In this document: in pieces, positions 50,901 through 64,000 of the stretch
Layout: every line of letters begins with the position of its first letter
How positions within the stretch are numbered: the first letter of the stretch is position 1
Assembly (NCBI GenBank): GCA_016748015.1
Contig: JAAOMT010000703.1
Location: 680,255 to 744,254 of the forward strand
Source: Geosiphon pyriformis uo1
Taxonomy: Eukaryota; Fungi; Glomeromycota
DNA: 64,000 nucleotides
Direction of reading: 5' to 3'
Made by a program: the position numbers and the translations under genes
Notes under the pieces: generated by a model
Databases searched by the model: none
Seen by the model: only the letters and a program-made list of their open reading frames with translations
What the model was told of the DNA's origin: nothing

Positions 50901-53617
50901 GCGGACAATATATGCAAGGGACTGGCATTGGTGATGGAGAAGGTAAAAAAGATGTGAGCGAGGAGATCGAAGATGAAGAGCAGGTTTTAGGCACCCAAAT
51001 GGAGGAAGAAAACTCCAGAAATAATAAGGATGATATCGATCCCCAGGAAAATGGAATAGAAATGAAAAATGATTTCTTGGGTACACTTGAAGATATAGAA
51101 CGACCGGATGAAGAGAGTGAATACAGTGATCAGTCTAATAAAGACGAGGATGTATCAGAACCTGAAGAAAGAATGGGTCAATTTGATAATGATTCAGATG
51201 TGATTGATGAGAAAATGTGGGAAGATGAGCCAAAGAAGCTCGATGTAGATAACCAAAAGAGAATAAATGAAGAAAATACCTCTCTGAATTTAGAGACAGA
51301 TATTATAGGGAAAAATGACTTTGAGAATAATCCAGAGGCAGATTCAAAGAAGCATAAGGAATTGGAAAAAGACGAGCCAAATTTGAATAAAGAACAGGAG
51401 AGTGAAGATTATCAAGATTTTGAAGTAAACGATGATCAAGACCCAATTGTACACGATGAAGTGCAGCATCAACCAACAATTGAGGTTCCTGAAGCTGAGC
51501 CATTAGAATTACCTGACGATTTAATGATGGATGAGATTGAAAATCAAGCTGAGGAAAATATTGGAACTGATGAAGATGAGAGATCTTTAGTCGGCATGGA
51601 TCTTGATGAAACCGAAACCAAATCAACGAGACTTGACCCTGATGAGGAGTCGCTAACTGAATATCAAGATGATTGCGAGGATATTCAACAAAATCAGGAT
51701 CAAGATTTTGGAATGGATTTAAAAGATGAAAACTCCGATGGTTCTGCTAATAAAAATAATTCAAATGAAGATGAAGATATGCAATTAGAGGAGGAGCCTA
51801 GGCAAGAAAAACATGAAAAGGTAGACGAGAAATCTACTCCTTCTACTTTTAAACAAGAGCTTGAAGATCTTGGAAAAAAGTCTCAGCAAAATCTAAACTC
51901 ATCTTTGGAAGATCGAAATGTGGAAAATGAAAATTCCTTTGGGCTTGAGGGGCGTCAAGGAAAAACAACAGAATCTTTTCAGCAAAAATTTGAAGGAGAA
52001 AATAGAATTTCTGAAGAAATGAACATTAGCCATGTCACGGGAGGTGATCAGCAAACAATAGATGAACCTAGCGAGCAAAAAAATGATGGTATAAATTCTA
52101 AAACCGTCTCTCAACCCTATACCACCGACAAGTTGGAACAATTGCCAAAATCAGCCGACCCCCAACAGAGAGCACAAGATGTGAATCCTCATCGTAGTTT
52201 AGGTGATGCTATGAAACAATGGCGAGAAAGGCTTGGGATTGTTCAAGATGCAACCAGCGAGCGGGATAAGGAGAACAACGAAGATATGGAACATCTTTCC
52301 CGTGAGCTAGAATATTTGATCAATGATGAAGCAGTGCATGATACCCAGACTGTAGGTCCCGCTGCTCCAGATCAATCCCAAGAAATGGCTTCGATTGGTG
52401 CATTTGACGACTTGGAGCTACATGATGACCATATATCAGATAATGTATTTGAAGAGGAGTCTCAAAATTATCAAGAAGCAGTCCAAGAGGATATAATAAA
52501 TTATGATGAAGTTTTAAATGATTTTACTAATCGTGCCGAACTAGGTGCCATTCTTGGCACTGCTTGTTCCCAAGATAAGCAAGATGTGTATGAGGATGAG
52601 CAGTCCGAATTCATACCCCCCACTTTTGAAACCAGTCATTTTGGTGATGAACAGCTTCATGAAAGAAAAGATGATAATATTCGTGGTGATCTTGAGATGG
52701 AATTAGCTGAATGGCGTGAAAATGGTCGTGATTTCTCAAGGGCACGAGACCTTTGGCTCAAATATGACAGTTTAACACACGACCTTGCTTATGGATTATG
52801 TGAACAGCTTCGGCTGATTTTAGAGCCTACAATGGCTGCGCGACTTGAAGGTGATTACAGAACCGGGAAAAGACTCAACATGAAAAGGATCATCCCATAT
52901 ATTGCGAGTGATTTCAAGAAAGACAAAATTTGGCTCAGACGTACCAAACCAAGCAAAAGGCAATATCAAATTATGATCGCTGTGGACGATTCAAAATCCA
53001 TGTGTGAATCTCATTCGATTCAACTCGCATATGAAACTTTAGCTTTAATTTCTAAAGCGCTTTCCCAGCTTGAAGTTGGTGCAATATCTATCGTGAGTTT
53101 CGGGGAAACTGTACGTATGTTGCATCCTTTTGATCAACCATTTACGATTGATACAGGCGCACAAGTTATCCAGCAATTTACTTTTAACCAAGAAAAGACT
53201 AATGTACGATCTTTGATGGAGACCACTATAAAACTGTTGCAACTTGCTAGGATTAATAGCATTGGTATGGTTAGCGGGGCGAATCGAAACGCTGAACTCT
53301 GGCAGCTTCAACTTATTATCTCGGACGGTGTTTGTGAAGATCATAAAAATCTCAAAGTCTTGGTTCAACAAGCAGCAGAAGCACAAATAATGGTCGTCTT
53401 CATAATAGTCGACAATAAGTTTAATGAAAAGGATTCAATTCTTTCCATGAATCAAGTCAAGTATACATTTGTGGATGGCCGAACAAATTTAAAAATTGAA
53501 AGGTATTTAGATTCTTTTCCTTTCGATTATTATGTTGTTTTACGTGATATAAATGCATTACCAGCAACCTTGGCTGACGCATTGAGACAATACTTTAGCA
53601 TAGTAAGTAATGTGTAA
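35920..53617 (+). CDS. MDN1: Midasin (dynein-related AAA ATPase, 60S biogenesis), ~5,525 aa. Inferred exons: 35920-36449, 36533-36623, 36725-37011, 37094-37434, 37548-44338, 44465-44809, 44880-45216, 45312-45454, 45519-45692, 45766-45895, 45970-46109, 46191-46261, 46350-46497, 46568-53617
   Basis: Six Walker A motifs (GVAGSGKT, GETGTGKT, GPTSAGKT, GETGCGKT, GSPGVGKT, GSEATGKT), a long helical linker, a D/E-rich region and a C-terminal VWA/MIDAS domain (VDDSKS). All 13 introns are GT-AG and frame-preserving; summed exon length is 16,578 nt (divisible by 3). A few acceptors have in-frame alternatives. Confidence 0.96.
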
Positions 53618-54089
53618 CATAATATTAGCCACCAGTATAAATTTTATTAACATAATTTTATGTAATTTCATCCTTAATTAAACTAAATTACACTAAAACA
53701 TAACTATTAAAGATTTTTTTATTAATATTTTTAAAATAACTTTAATATTGTTTTTATATATAAAAAATAATGGCAAAAAACCAATAACTTTTTTTTTTAA
53801 TATTATTATATAAATTTGTTTTTTTTTTAATATTTTTACTAATTTTGTATTTTAATTTGGTTATAAATAATAATATTTTTTTAATTTTAAATAATAATAA
53901 TAACATATTTGTTTTAAATTAATATTTAACTATATTATTTAATTAAATAATTTCAATTAATTATTATTAATTGTAAAAATAAAACAAAATTTTAGTTTAA
54001 TATATATATTATAATGTTATTTAATTTAAAAAGTTGGATTAATAACATAAAAATTAAAACTATTTTTTTATTTTTTAAAAAAATTGTTA

Positions 54090-54800
54090 ATTGAAGAGAT
54101 ATCATATTGCAAATATTGTTAAAAAACATTTTAATATTATAAAAAATAAGAAAATTAATATAATTAGTATTGTAATTTATTTAAGTTGTGTTTTTTCTGT
54201 ATATATTAATAAATATTATATTAAAACTAATATTAAGATTATTTTTAACAATATTACTATTATAAATAAAATTTTATTAAAAGACCTTAATTAAGTCTAA
54301 TTTTTTCTAATATAATATTAAAACTTTTATATAATAATCAAATATATAAGTAATAAGACAACAAATTTGTATACATATTTTATAAAATTCTTGTATTATT
54401 ATCTATTTGTGATTGTCTATAAACATCTATTTAACAGTAAGTATTTTGGTGTTTTATGTTTATATTATAGAAAGATTAAACTTTTAAATTTTTTTTTGTA
54501 TAATAAACTTTACTGTTTATTAATATTTACTAGATTTATATGTCAAGTTGTAAAAATTTTAATCTGGTTTTTGCCAATTTAAATTTTGTGTTTTTTAATT
54601 GTTTTTAATATATATATTAAATATTATATTATATACTATTTTAAATAAAAACTTTATATTTAAAAATTAGTATTTAAAAGCTTTTATTGTATTTAAAAAT
54701 ATATATAATTTAAGAATAGCTTATTGTAAAAAAATTTGGCTAATATATACCAAATATAGAATTTTGTTTAAAAAAAGTAACTTAATTTTCTGTAATGATT
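54090..54800 (+). mobile_element. Very decayed LINE ORF2 C-terminal fragment
   Basis: YTYFIKFLYYYLFVIVYKHLFNSKYF matches YMYFIKALHYWLPVAVYKHLYNKCYF at ~29260. Confidence 0.6.
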
Positions 54801-54878
54801 TTTTGTTCTTTATTATTAATAGTTTGTTATTTTTGCTTTTTAATAGTATTGTAAAAATTTTTGATATAGATAAGAGTT

Positions 54879-57800
54879 AAAACTTCTTTCTCTCTTATCT
54901 CCACAAATCCCCAAAAAGTGCATTTTCTGAAAAAGAAGTTTTTTGTTTTTTTAGCCTATATCAATATTTTTTTACCTAATAATAACCCATTTTTCGTGGA
55001 TATGGAGGCTACTGCTAGTAGTACCACACCTAAAAAGAAGGCTTTTAAGAGTGCTTTTCACGGTCCTGTTAGTGGCTTCTTTTCTCAGAAGAAAAAAGCT
55101 GTTCTTGGTAATATAAAACACTCTGGTAATGAAAAGAATATATTCTTGAGCAAATTTGGGTCTGGTGACAGTGTTTATTTTGATGTAGAAAGTCTATCTG
55201 GTGAGGATGAAGATGTTAGCATGTCTGAAGTAAATGGTGAGTCTCTTTTGGGCTTAGCTGCTACTATACCCAAGACAAAACAAGTCAATACTGGTGCTGG
55301 CTTTGGTTCTCCACTTGGCTCTTCCAACTTTCATATGGACAATGAAGAAGTAGTGCTCCCTTCTCACTTGCCTATCTCTCTGGAAAGGAAGTGGATTGAC
55401 CCTAAAATTATCAAGACTTCTGTGGAAGTGTCAATTAAAAAGTTATTTGCTTTGGATATTAATCTTTCAGCTGTAGAGGGTAAATCAGCAATGGCAAAGA
55501 CTCAGTTAATTAGGAAAATTTTTTCAACAGTCAATGGTTTTGGGGGGGCCACTACCTCTTCAAAATTTGAAGAAATCATCCAATCTACCTTCATTTTAGA
55601 AAAAAACATGAAGATGGCCACATCATTAGCCAGAGAAAAAAGGATTGACATAAACACTAATCTCAAGAAATCAGGAGTACATTCAGATTGGGCTGTAGTA
55701 ATCAAAGAAATTTCCATAGATACCCCAAAAAAAATGATCATCACTGCAGTCACCGAGTTTGGAGAAATTAAGTCGATCAAAATTCAGTTAATTGACATGT
55801 GACAGAAAGCTGTGGTGGAGTTCGCTGAATCAAATCAAGCCGATCAGTTGGCTTCAAGATAGTCATTCTTAATTGGGAAAGATTCAGTACGTGTGGCCAA
55901 AGCTGTGAGTGATTATGACATCTGGACATCTAAAGATCAGTTTAGGGCACTGTTGTTTACTTTGCCAGTGAGAACAACTGCACATGATCTTGGTACTCTT
56001 TTGGATAAGACTGGTGGGAAAACTTGCACCATTAATTAATTATTGACAACTGGCAATAGGGTTTGTTGTGTAGTGATTGGTTTTGAGTCTAAAGTGGATT
56101 TGGATTCTGCCTTTTGTACTGAGCCTGTTTTTGGTGGTGTACAACTATTATGGACTAGATTGGATTTGGTACAGTATGGGAAGTGTGAGAGATTTGGTCA
56201 TTTAGCCTTGGAATGTGATGCTTTTGATGTTTCTGTTCTTACACCCTCTGTTCCCTTTAAAAGAAATGCTTCTGGTATTAATCATTTTTAATTAGCCAAG
56301 TTGTATGCAAAGAAAAATGTTCCTATCTCTTGCCCTACTGCCTTTGGTGGCAAATTGTGAGCTCAAGTAGTCTCTCTTGCTTTCTCTTCTGGTGGCTTTC
56401 CTTCTGGTTCTGGTTCTGGTTTAGGCTTTTCTTCATCTGGTGCTTTAGGGTTGGGTGGTGGTGCTTCTTTTTTCCCAATTGATGAGTCTCTCTTGGTTGC
56501 TCGTTTGGCATCTTTGAAGCACTCTCTTGAACTTTTGACTGACCAGGTTTCTGGTATTCTTAGGAAATTGAGTTTTGTTGAATTGGTGCCCATGGTGCTG
56601 TCTTTTGGTGCTCTTTCTTTGGTTGGCTCTGTGCTGGTGGCTTCTGTTTTGGATTCAGATATGGCCTTGGATGGTGTGTTGGCTTCATCCTCTCTCTTTC
56701 CCTCAAGTGTTGAGTTAGGTGCTGGTTTCAATTCGAGTAGTTCAAAGATTTTGACCACCAAGATAGGTGGTTTGAAGTTTAAAATGTCAACTATGGAGGC
56801 TTTGGTCAGTTCTGTTTTGGTGAAATTAGATCTCTTATGTTCTGGTTTGGGTCTCTTTTTACCTTATTCTTCCCAATAAGTGGTCTGGTTTGAAAGATTG
56901 CTATGTGCAATGTTTGGGGTATCAATGTCCCTGCTAAGCAGAAAGACATTATTTGTTGGCATAGGGAATCAAGGAATTTGGTTTCAATTGTGATGGAAAT
57001 GAAATTGAGGTCTAGCTGTAGGCCATGGATCAAGGATAGATTTGATGGTGTTTGAGTTTTCACTTCTGGTTCGGATGTGGGTTTTCTTGGTGCTGGTGTT
57101 GTCATTTATTATGAACACCTCTATTGCTCATCATGTGTGTAAAATTTTTGAGGTGCCTGGTCAGCTCCTTTTTATCAAGTTATTTTTTAAGAACAGACTC
57201 TCAGTGTTAATTTTGGGACTCTATGCTGGTGCATCTGTCATAGTTCGGTTCTTGTAGGCCAGTAAGATTAACTCTTTTGTTGTTAAGGCTGTCAATAATT
57301 CTTTCTTTGTCATTCTGGATGGTGATTTTAATGAGGATGGTTTACATAAAAATGTGAGTTTCAAAAAATGTCTTAACTTGGGGCTGGTCAACTTTTTGTC
57401 AGGCAGTCCAGTAGCGAATAGTTGTACATAAGGAAATTCAAGGAATGTGAATAAAACAATTGATTACATACTTGTTTCATCTAACTTGATCAATGCAGTG
57501 ATGGAGTGCACTGTTGTGGATATGAGTGAACATTTTGACATGGATCATTGAGCTGTTTCTGTGTCTTTGGATTTGGGTGGGCTTTTGGATGTGTGTTTAT
57601 GCTCTCTTTGCAAACAAGCAAACAGAGACAGATGGAAGTTCAATTTGAAAAGTGCTGATAAAAATAAATGGGTTGATTTCAAGTGCACTATAAAGACTAA
57701 TATGACTATGTTTTCAGATGAATTTGTTGCTTCTATGAAGCTTTTGGATTTGGATGCAATGTGGAGGATTATTCGCAAAATTATGATTCTTTTGGCAAAT

Positions 57801-58028
57801 AAAGTGTTCAAAAAGATATGATTCAAGGACTTTGATGTAATCTTCACCAAGAATTTTTCTAGATTTCACAAATTGAAACTTCTGATTTCTAAAATTGTTA
57901 AGACGTATTGTGGGAAGAACATTAAGCATTTCGAGTCTTTTATGAAATGTTGGGAATCTTTGGATGGTGATAAAGCTTTGGTCATTTGGACTCTGGTAAC
58001 CTTTGGCATGGACTCTGGTTGTGTTTAT
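54879..58028 (+). mobile_element. LINE 5' part (5' UTR, ORF1 55002-56879, ORF2 APE domain from 56876), interrupted by LTR element 3
   Basis: 5' end AAAACTTCTTTCTCTC; ORF1 with FALDINLSAV and decayed knuckle YGKCERFGHLALEC; APE motifs IAMCNV, LDGDFN and TIDYIL. Confidence 0.88.
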
Positions 58029-59004
58029 TGTTACCAGAGGTTTTTCACCTCTTCTTAGCTCTTGTATGTTTGTTGTAATGCTGTTAATTCATGATTATGG
58101 GAAGTGTTTGAATCTCTGATAACTGAATTTATCTTCAAATTATCTCCTATAATTTGAACTGTTGGGCTTATAAGTGGAATGGCCAATTCTGTGCCAGTTG
58201 CTTTGTGTAATTACGTTATAGTAAATGTCAACTCTTTCTCAGAAATTGCTCATCTGGAAGCTCACTAAAAATGTGTAGTTACTCTGCTGTGAAAGTCAAC
58301 TCTTCTACAGGAATCTTGTCTGTAGACTACCCTAATGATTATAATAAGAAAATAAAAGAAAAATAAAAGAAATGTAAAAGAAATAGAATTCTGTCAAGAA
58401 AAACGTTTTCTATCCAGGCCTGAAGTCACTAACAGTTTACTGAAATTAGTAGCTAATCAATTTCAAAATGTTAGTTGGGTTTTGAAGATTTTCCAAGTGC
58501 AATAATTAAAGAATTTGGTTTTTCAAATTATTTGATATTTATTTTTTTTTGTGTATATAGGAATGGTTCTAAGAGGTAAATCTAAAGTAAGATGCATTTT
58601 CTCAAAAAAAGAAGCTTTTTTTTTATATAACTTGTCATAACACTATTCTATGAACTTGAACTTTGCTTTTTTCTACAATTTTGCTAAACTAAAGATATAT
58701 TTCAGCAAACTACAAGTTATTTCTGTAAACTATTAGATATTTCAGTAAACTATCAATTATTTCAGTGAATTTCTACAAATTTCAGCAAACTTTTTGAATG
58801 TTACATATTTCGGGGTATTGCATGATTAATCATCGCACTTAGGTTACATTTGTGTTATGTACCAATTGGGTTATTAATTAAATGATAATTTTGGACATTT
58901 TGCTAATGTAATAAGTGATAATTTGAAATGATAATATATGCTAATTAATGATAGGAATAAGATAATTTCATGCTAAATAATATCTCTAATTTCATCTAGT
59001 AATA
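58029..59004 (-). repeat. 3' LTR of element 3
   Basis: Plus strand TGTTACCAGAGG...CATCTAGTAATA, homologous to 26503-27475. Confidence 0.9.
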
Positions 59005-59814
59005 TAACCTCCTCCTCAAAACTGAGCTCTGTCGAAGTCCAAGTATTGTCTGTAATTTCCAAATAATAATCCAAAATTATTGAAGAAATTTGGTCTGAAA
59101 ATTGTTAAAATTTCAGTTCTGTGAGCTTTCCAATGTATTGAATCTTCAAAGGTTGTAAAATTGGGTTTTGTAGAACATTTTCACAGGTGTGAAATAGGTC
59201 ATAAAGTCTAAGAGCAGCTCTGAGCTTATAGCGACTGTTTGTTGGTTCAGCTGTTGTCTTGAATTTGTTGTGAAGTTGTTTTTGAATAGCTTTTTTTGTG
59301 AGGTTTGCTGTTGTAAGTTTCAGTTTTTGTTCATAGAGTGTTTTTCCAATGTGAAAATATCTATAGATTAGAGGGTATTCAGTGTTTTCCTCATTGAGAC
59401 ACAGTTAAAGTCTTTGTTAAATTGTAGCATTTGGTGGAATACTAATCAGAGTGAGCATTAAGTTTTCTCTTAAAGCAAGCTTTAAAAGTTTTGGCAAGAG
59501 AATTCCAGAATAACTCCTTGTGTTTTTCTTATACGAATGATATTTTCATGAATTTGGGGCTAAATTTGTAACTACTTCTGTTTGGGTATAATTAATGTGG
59601 TTTCCAGTAACAGTAATGAATAATTTGGGTATTGTTTTTAAAGCTAACATTAGTTTTTGGGATAATTGTTGAATGTTTTGAGGAATAGTCATTATAAAAG
59701 ATTTGAAAATAAAAGAAAATAATTTTTGGTGTATGAGTTTTTATGTTATTTTTGTTTTGTTTTTGTGAGATTGTTTCTAAATTATAAGGAGATAACTATA
59801 ATAATGAATTTAAA

Positions 59815-61199
59815 TTAAGTGTTCAAGTTGGAAGGTTGTTCAATGATAACTATTGGTTCTAAATTTTGGGGAATATCTTCGGGATTGATTAAAGGAGAAT
59901 GTGTACCAATTTGTGGAATTAATAATTCAGGATTGTTTCTGGAATTATAGTGTTTCAAACAATCTCCATGTGCAACTTTTGCTAGGATTTTGTTATCAAG
60001 TCTTAGCTTATATGATCCATTGCTTAGGACTTTATGGATAAAAAATGGTCCATCTCATTTATTTTCAAATTTTTCACTCCATTGTTTTTCAGCTTTAGTT
60101 CTATGTAAGAGAACTTTGTTTCCGATTTTAAATTCATTGGTAACTGGAGGCAATTTGTCATCATGCTGTTCTTTTTGTTGAACTTGGGAGTATTTAATAT
60201 GGGTGGCTGCTATTCGTCGTTTTTCTTCCAACATGCTAAGCAGAGTATAGATTTTTTATTGTAGTGTTTCCTAAAAGTTGTCTTTATTAATTGGTTGTAC
60301 TGGATATGTTTCCATTGTAAAACTAATTGGTAACATTGCTGTCTTTTTGTAGGTTAAATCAAATAGTGTGTGTTTTGTGGTATCTTGTTTTAGTGTTTTA
60401 TATGCTAGTAACACTGATGGAATAAAGAGATCTTATTCTTGCTCAAAATCGGTTGAAACTTTGGCTAATAATTCACACAATGTTTTGTTGAAACATTTTA
60501 CAAGTCTATTTGTTTGTGGATGGTAGGGCAAAGATAATGGTCTCTTGACATTAAATTGTCCACAAATTTTCTGGATTAAATTGTTCACGAAATGTGTTTC
60601 TTGATTAGATAAAAGTTTTATTGGGCATTCATATCTACAAATGATGTCTTTGTAGATAAAATTTGCTACTGATTTCGCATCTGCTCATTGAATGGTTCTG
60701 GCTTCAGGCCATTTGGTGAGATAGTCTACAGCTACTACAATATAATGGTTTCCTTGGTTTGTGATAGGTAGTGGTCCAACCAAATCGATACCAACTCGGT
60801 CAAAAGGCTGTCCAACTTTGATTGAGTTTAAAGGTTCTGTAGGGCGATTTCTTTCTCTTCTTTGACAACTATCACAAGACTTAATGTATTCATGAATGTC
60901 TTTTCTCATTTGAGGCCAAAAGTAATATTTTAGTGTTCTCTGAGTGGTGCTGTCTTTTCCTAGATGTGCTGATGAAGGATCTGAGTGCATATTATATAAA
61001 ATAGTTTTTTTTCATGTTCTTGTATTAATCTGAGTGGATTGTCTGGGTTTCTGAAATTTTGATAATAGATCATGTTGTTGTGTAAGAGGTATTGTTTGGC
61101 TTGTTGTTGTAACTGATGTTTTTTATCTGGGGACTAATCTGTTGAGATTGTTAATGTCTCCGAATATTGTTTAAGATTGTTGTAGTTTTCAGGATTCAT
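59815..61199 (-). pseudogene. Stand-alone integrase ORF of element 3
   Basis: ATG 61199 (MNPENYNNLKQY), HHCC, GIDLVGP; one frameshift near the start. Confidence 0.9.
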
Positions 61200-61245
61200 T
61201 GTTTGTTGTTTTGTTGTTAATTCAAATGTGTGTTGGTTTTGTATT

Positions 61246-64000
61246 CTAATCTTGCCTCATTCTTAAGAAACAATCAACGTTGGTGTGGAGTTTTCCTGGT
61301 TTGTGGTGTACAATGTATTGGTAGTTGGCTAAAAATCTTGTCCATTAGGTTTGTTTTGCATTTAGCTAAGTGTTTTTGTTCTAAAGCCATTTGAGTCCAA
61401 TATTATCAGTGATAATATCGAATTCTTTGGGTCTGAGGTAAAAGTTGAAGTGATATAGGGCCCAGATTACTGCTGCAGTTTTTAATTCTGTTGCAGGGTA
61501 GTTTTTTTCAGTTGGTTTCAATGTTTTGCTAGCATAAGCAATTATTTGCTCATTTTCATTGTCATCTAACTGTGATTGGATGGCACCAAAGGCAGTATAA
61601 GAGACATCTGTTGCTAACTGGAATTAGTTGCTGAAATCTGGATAGGCGAGAATTGGAGCTGTTATTAATTTTTCTTTGAGGATTTCAAATGCATTTTGGT
61701 GTTCAGCAGTCCATTTGTATTCGACATTTTTGGTGATAAGCTGGTTAAAAAGTTTTGCAATTTCTGAGAATTCTTTGATAAACTTCCGATAGTAGGAGGT
61801 TAACCCTATGAATTCTCTTAGTTCTGTAGTGTTTTGAGGAGTTTTGAAGTTTTTGACAGTGCTGATTTTTCCAGAGTCTGGTTTGATTCCATCTTTACTA
61901 ACAATATGACCAAGAAAAGCCAAACTCATTTTTCCAAAGTAGTATTTTTTAATGTTTAGTTTCAATTCTGCTTTCCATAATCATTGAAAAACTTCACACA
62001 GATGTTTTAAGTGTAATTCAAAAGATGGTGAATAAACATCAGTATTATCGAGATAGACAACTACTGATTTCCAAAGGAGGTCTTTGTAAACAATGTCCAT
62101 GAGTCTTTGGAATGTTGCTGATGCATTGCATAATCTGAAAGGCATTACATTGAACTCATAATTTCCTCCTTGAGTGGTGAATGCTGTTTTGGGGCAATCT
62201 TTGGGATTTATGGCAACTTGCCAGTATTCACTCTCTAAATCTAATGTTGAAAAGTATTTGGACTTCCCAAGAGCATCTAGCATGTCATCAATTTGGGGAA
62301 GAAGGTAGGTATCTCCAATGATAATGCTGTTGAATTGTCGATAATCAACACAAAATTATATCTTTCCATTTTTCTTTTTAACTAGGACCACAGGTGAAGC
62401 CCATAGACTCATTGATGATTAAATAAGCCCATTGTTAAGCATCCATTGTACTTCTTTTTGGATAAATTGGTGACTTTCTGGAACAACTCAGTAGGCTTGT
62501 TGTCATCTTGGTTTGACATCTCCAGTATAAATTTGGTGTTGTACCAAATCAGTTCTTCCTAGGTTATTGTTGTTTTCAGTGAAGATATTGGTAAATTCTG
62601 CTATTAGCTCTTTAAGCTGTTTTTGCTGGTGTGGTTCTAGTTGTCCCATGTTGATTCGAAATAGTTTTTCCATAACAACATGTTAGATTTCGGAGCTTGG
62701 TCTGAGGCTGATTTTTGGTAAAGAGTGTTCAATGATTTCTAAGAAGTTTAAAACTGTTTGAAATTGTTTTCGCTGAAAGATATTGCTGTGAATAACTTCT
62801 ATTTCTAACTTGTTTAACAAAATAATGGGTTGATGGTTGAGATTGTAAAAAGTAATTTGGGCTTTCTTTGCTCCTTTTGGAACATAGATGTTTGGGATTA
62901 AAATGTTGTGTTTTAAGCAAATTTGTTCATTGAATTCAAAGATTTGTTGAGTAGTCGTGGGGTTTTCACATGTGTAAATTTCATGATGTTCTTCAAAGAG
63001 TGGAATGGTAATTGGTTGTAGAAGTTGCAGAAGCTGGTGAGATTCTTTCTGTTTATTGAGAGTTATGTTTACTGGAACTGTAAATCGTCCAGTTGAACCA
63101 AAACCTTGTGTTCCTCTTTCACTTTTTCCCAATTGTTCTCTTTGATTGACTAACTATAAATCCGAAATGTTGATTAAGGATAAATAGATAGCTTAAGCAA
63201 TTTTTTTGGCATGTTCAATTTTGAAAGGTTTATTGGTTTCATTTTGGAGTATTACTGTTATGTTACCAGTATATCCAGCATTGATTATTCCTCCTCTGAC
63301 ATTGATTCCTTTGCTTGCCAGAGAAAACTGGGAGGCAATTTGAACCATTGCTCCTGGTGGGATTTCAAGGACAATTTTGAGATTGATTTTTGTGAGAGAT
63401 TTGGGTTTGAGAATAAGAGTATCCTTGTCTGAATATCTTAGGTCATATCTAGCATTAATTTTATGTGCTTTTTTGGGTTTTATTTCTTGTCCATTGTTGT
63501 TGAAGTATTTGAGTTGTAAGGCAGGCTGATTTTTGATAAGATAGATGGGTGTTGCTTCAATTTTTTCTGTTGCTTCAGGTTCTCCAAATTCAATTTTGTT
63601 TTCATCATTTTCACTGGGCAGGGGAATGCTAAGAGCATAGCATTCAGGACACCATTGCTCATCGCAAGGCATTATGCATTCTTCACACAATTTAATGTTT
63701 ATTTGCTCTAGCTGTTGGGCTTGAGCTTCTTTGGTCAGGTAAATATGACTGGCAATTTGGTGATATACTTCTACTTCATCTTCATAGTTGTATCCAGTGA
63801 TTTCAAAGGTGTATACAATGTATTCTGATTCTTTTATTTAACAAACATTTTCTTAAGTGGCTTCATTGATTAAAGCCATTGCTAGATCAAAAATCATTTC
63901 GGCATTATGAGGGTAATAGTACAGTTTGTTGAGGGTGCTGTTGTAAGCAGCATCAAAAGAGGTTCCTCTTGTTACTTTTTCTGAGATTAAAAAAGCCTAT
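61246..64000 (-). pseudogene. pol of element 3 (Cys-rich domain, dUTPase, RT, RNase H), partial
   Basis: CEECIMPCDEQWCPEC; dUTPase GGIINAGYTG and RGTQGFGSTG; RT VYLDN; ends MRQD*. Confidence 0.92.

Larger units (their letters stand above)
58029..64000 (-). mobile_element. Ty3/Gypsy-type LTR element 3 (subfamily B); its 5' half lies outside the window
   Basis: 3' LTR at 58029-59004 is a reverse-complement match to the element 2 LTR. PPT ~59008-59017, ORF3 from 59692, integrase 61199-59815, RNase H stop 61246-61248, then RT, dUTPase (~63088-63465) and the Cys-rich domain. Confidence 0.93.

Noticed and set aside
37424-53617. Two separate giant genes (2307 aa and 2323 aa ORFs)
   Set aside because: They are exons 5 and 14 of one midasin gene, joined in frame through GT-AG introns.

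Overview
Eukaryotic, very AT-rich, repeat-dominated fungal DNA. It is probably an early-diverging fungus of the Glomeromycotina/Mucoromycota type; this is inference from gene style and repeat content. The only intact host gene is a 14-exon midasin (MDN1/REA1) at 35920-53617, about 5,525 aa when spliced by hand. The rest is nested, decayed retroelements. (i) Three Ty3/Gypsy-type LTR elements of two subfamilies: 2675-12977 (-), 17647-27475 (+) and 58029->64000 (-). They share an unusual layout: one Gag-PR-[Cys-rich domain]-dUTPase-RT-RNaseH ORF that stops after RNase H, a stand-alone integrase ORF with Ginger-like motifs, and a conserved ~220-240 aa third ORF in the env position. The two complete copies have 4-bp TSDs. 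(ii) Autonomous-type LINEs (ORF1; APE-RT-RNaseH ORF2). (iii) Two copies of an ORF1-only, HAL1-like non-autonomous element that shares its 5' end and 3' UTR with the LINEs. Each LTR element sits inside a non-LTR element. The repeats are eroded almost entirely by C>T/G>A transitions, while MDN1 keeps its CpGs. Coordinates were read by eye; repeat boundaries in AT-rich zones are approximate.
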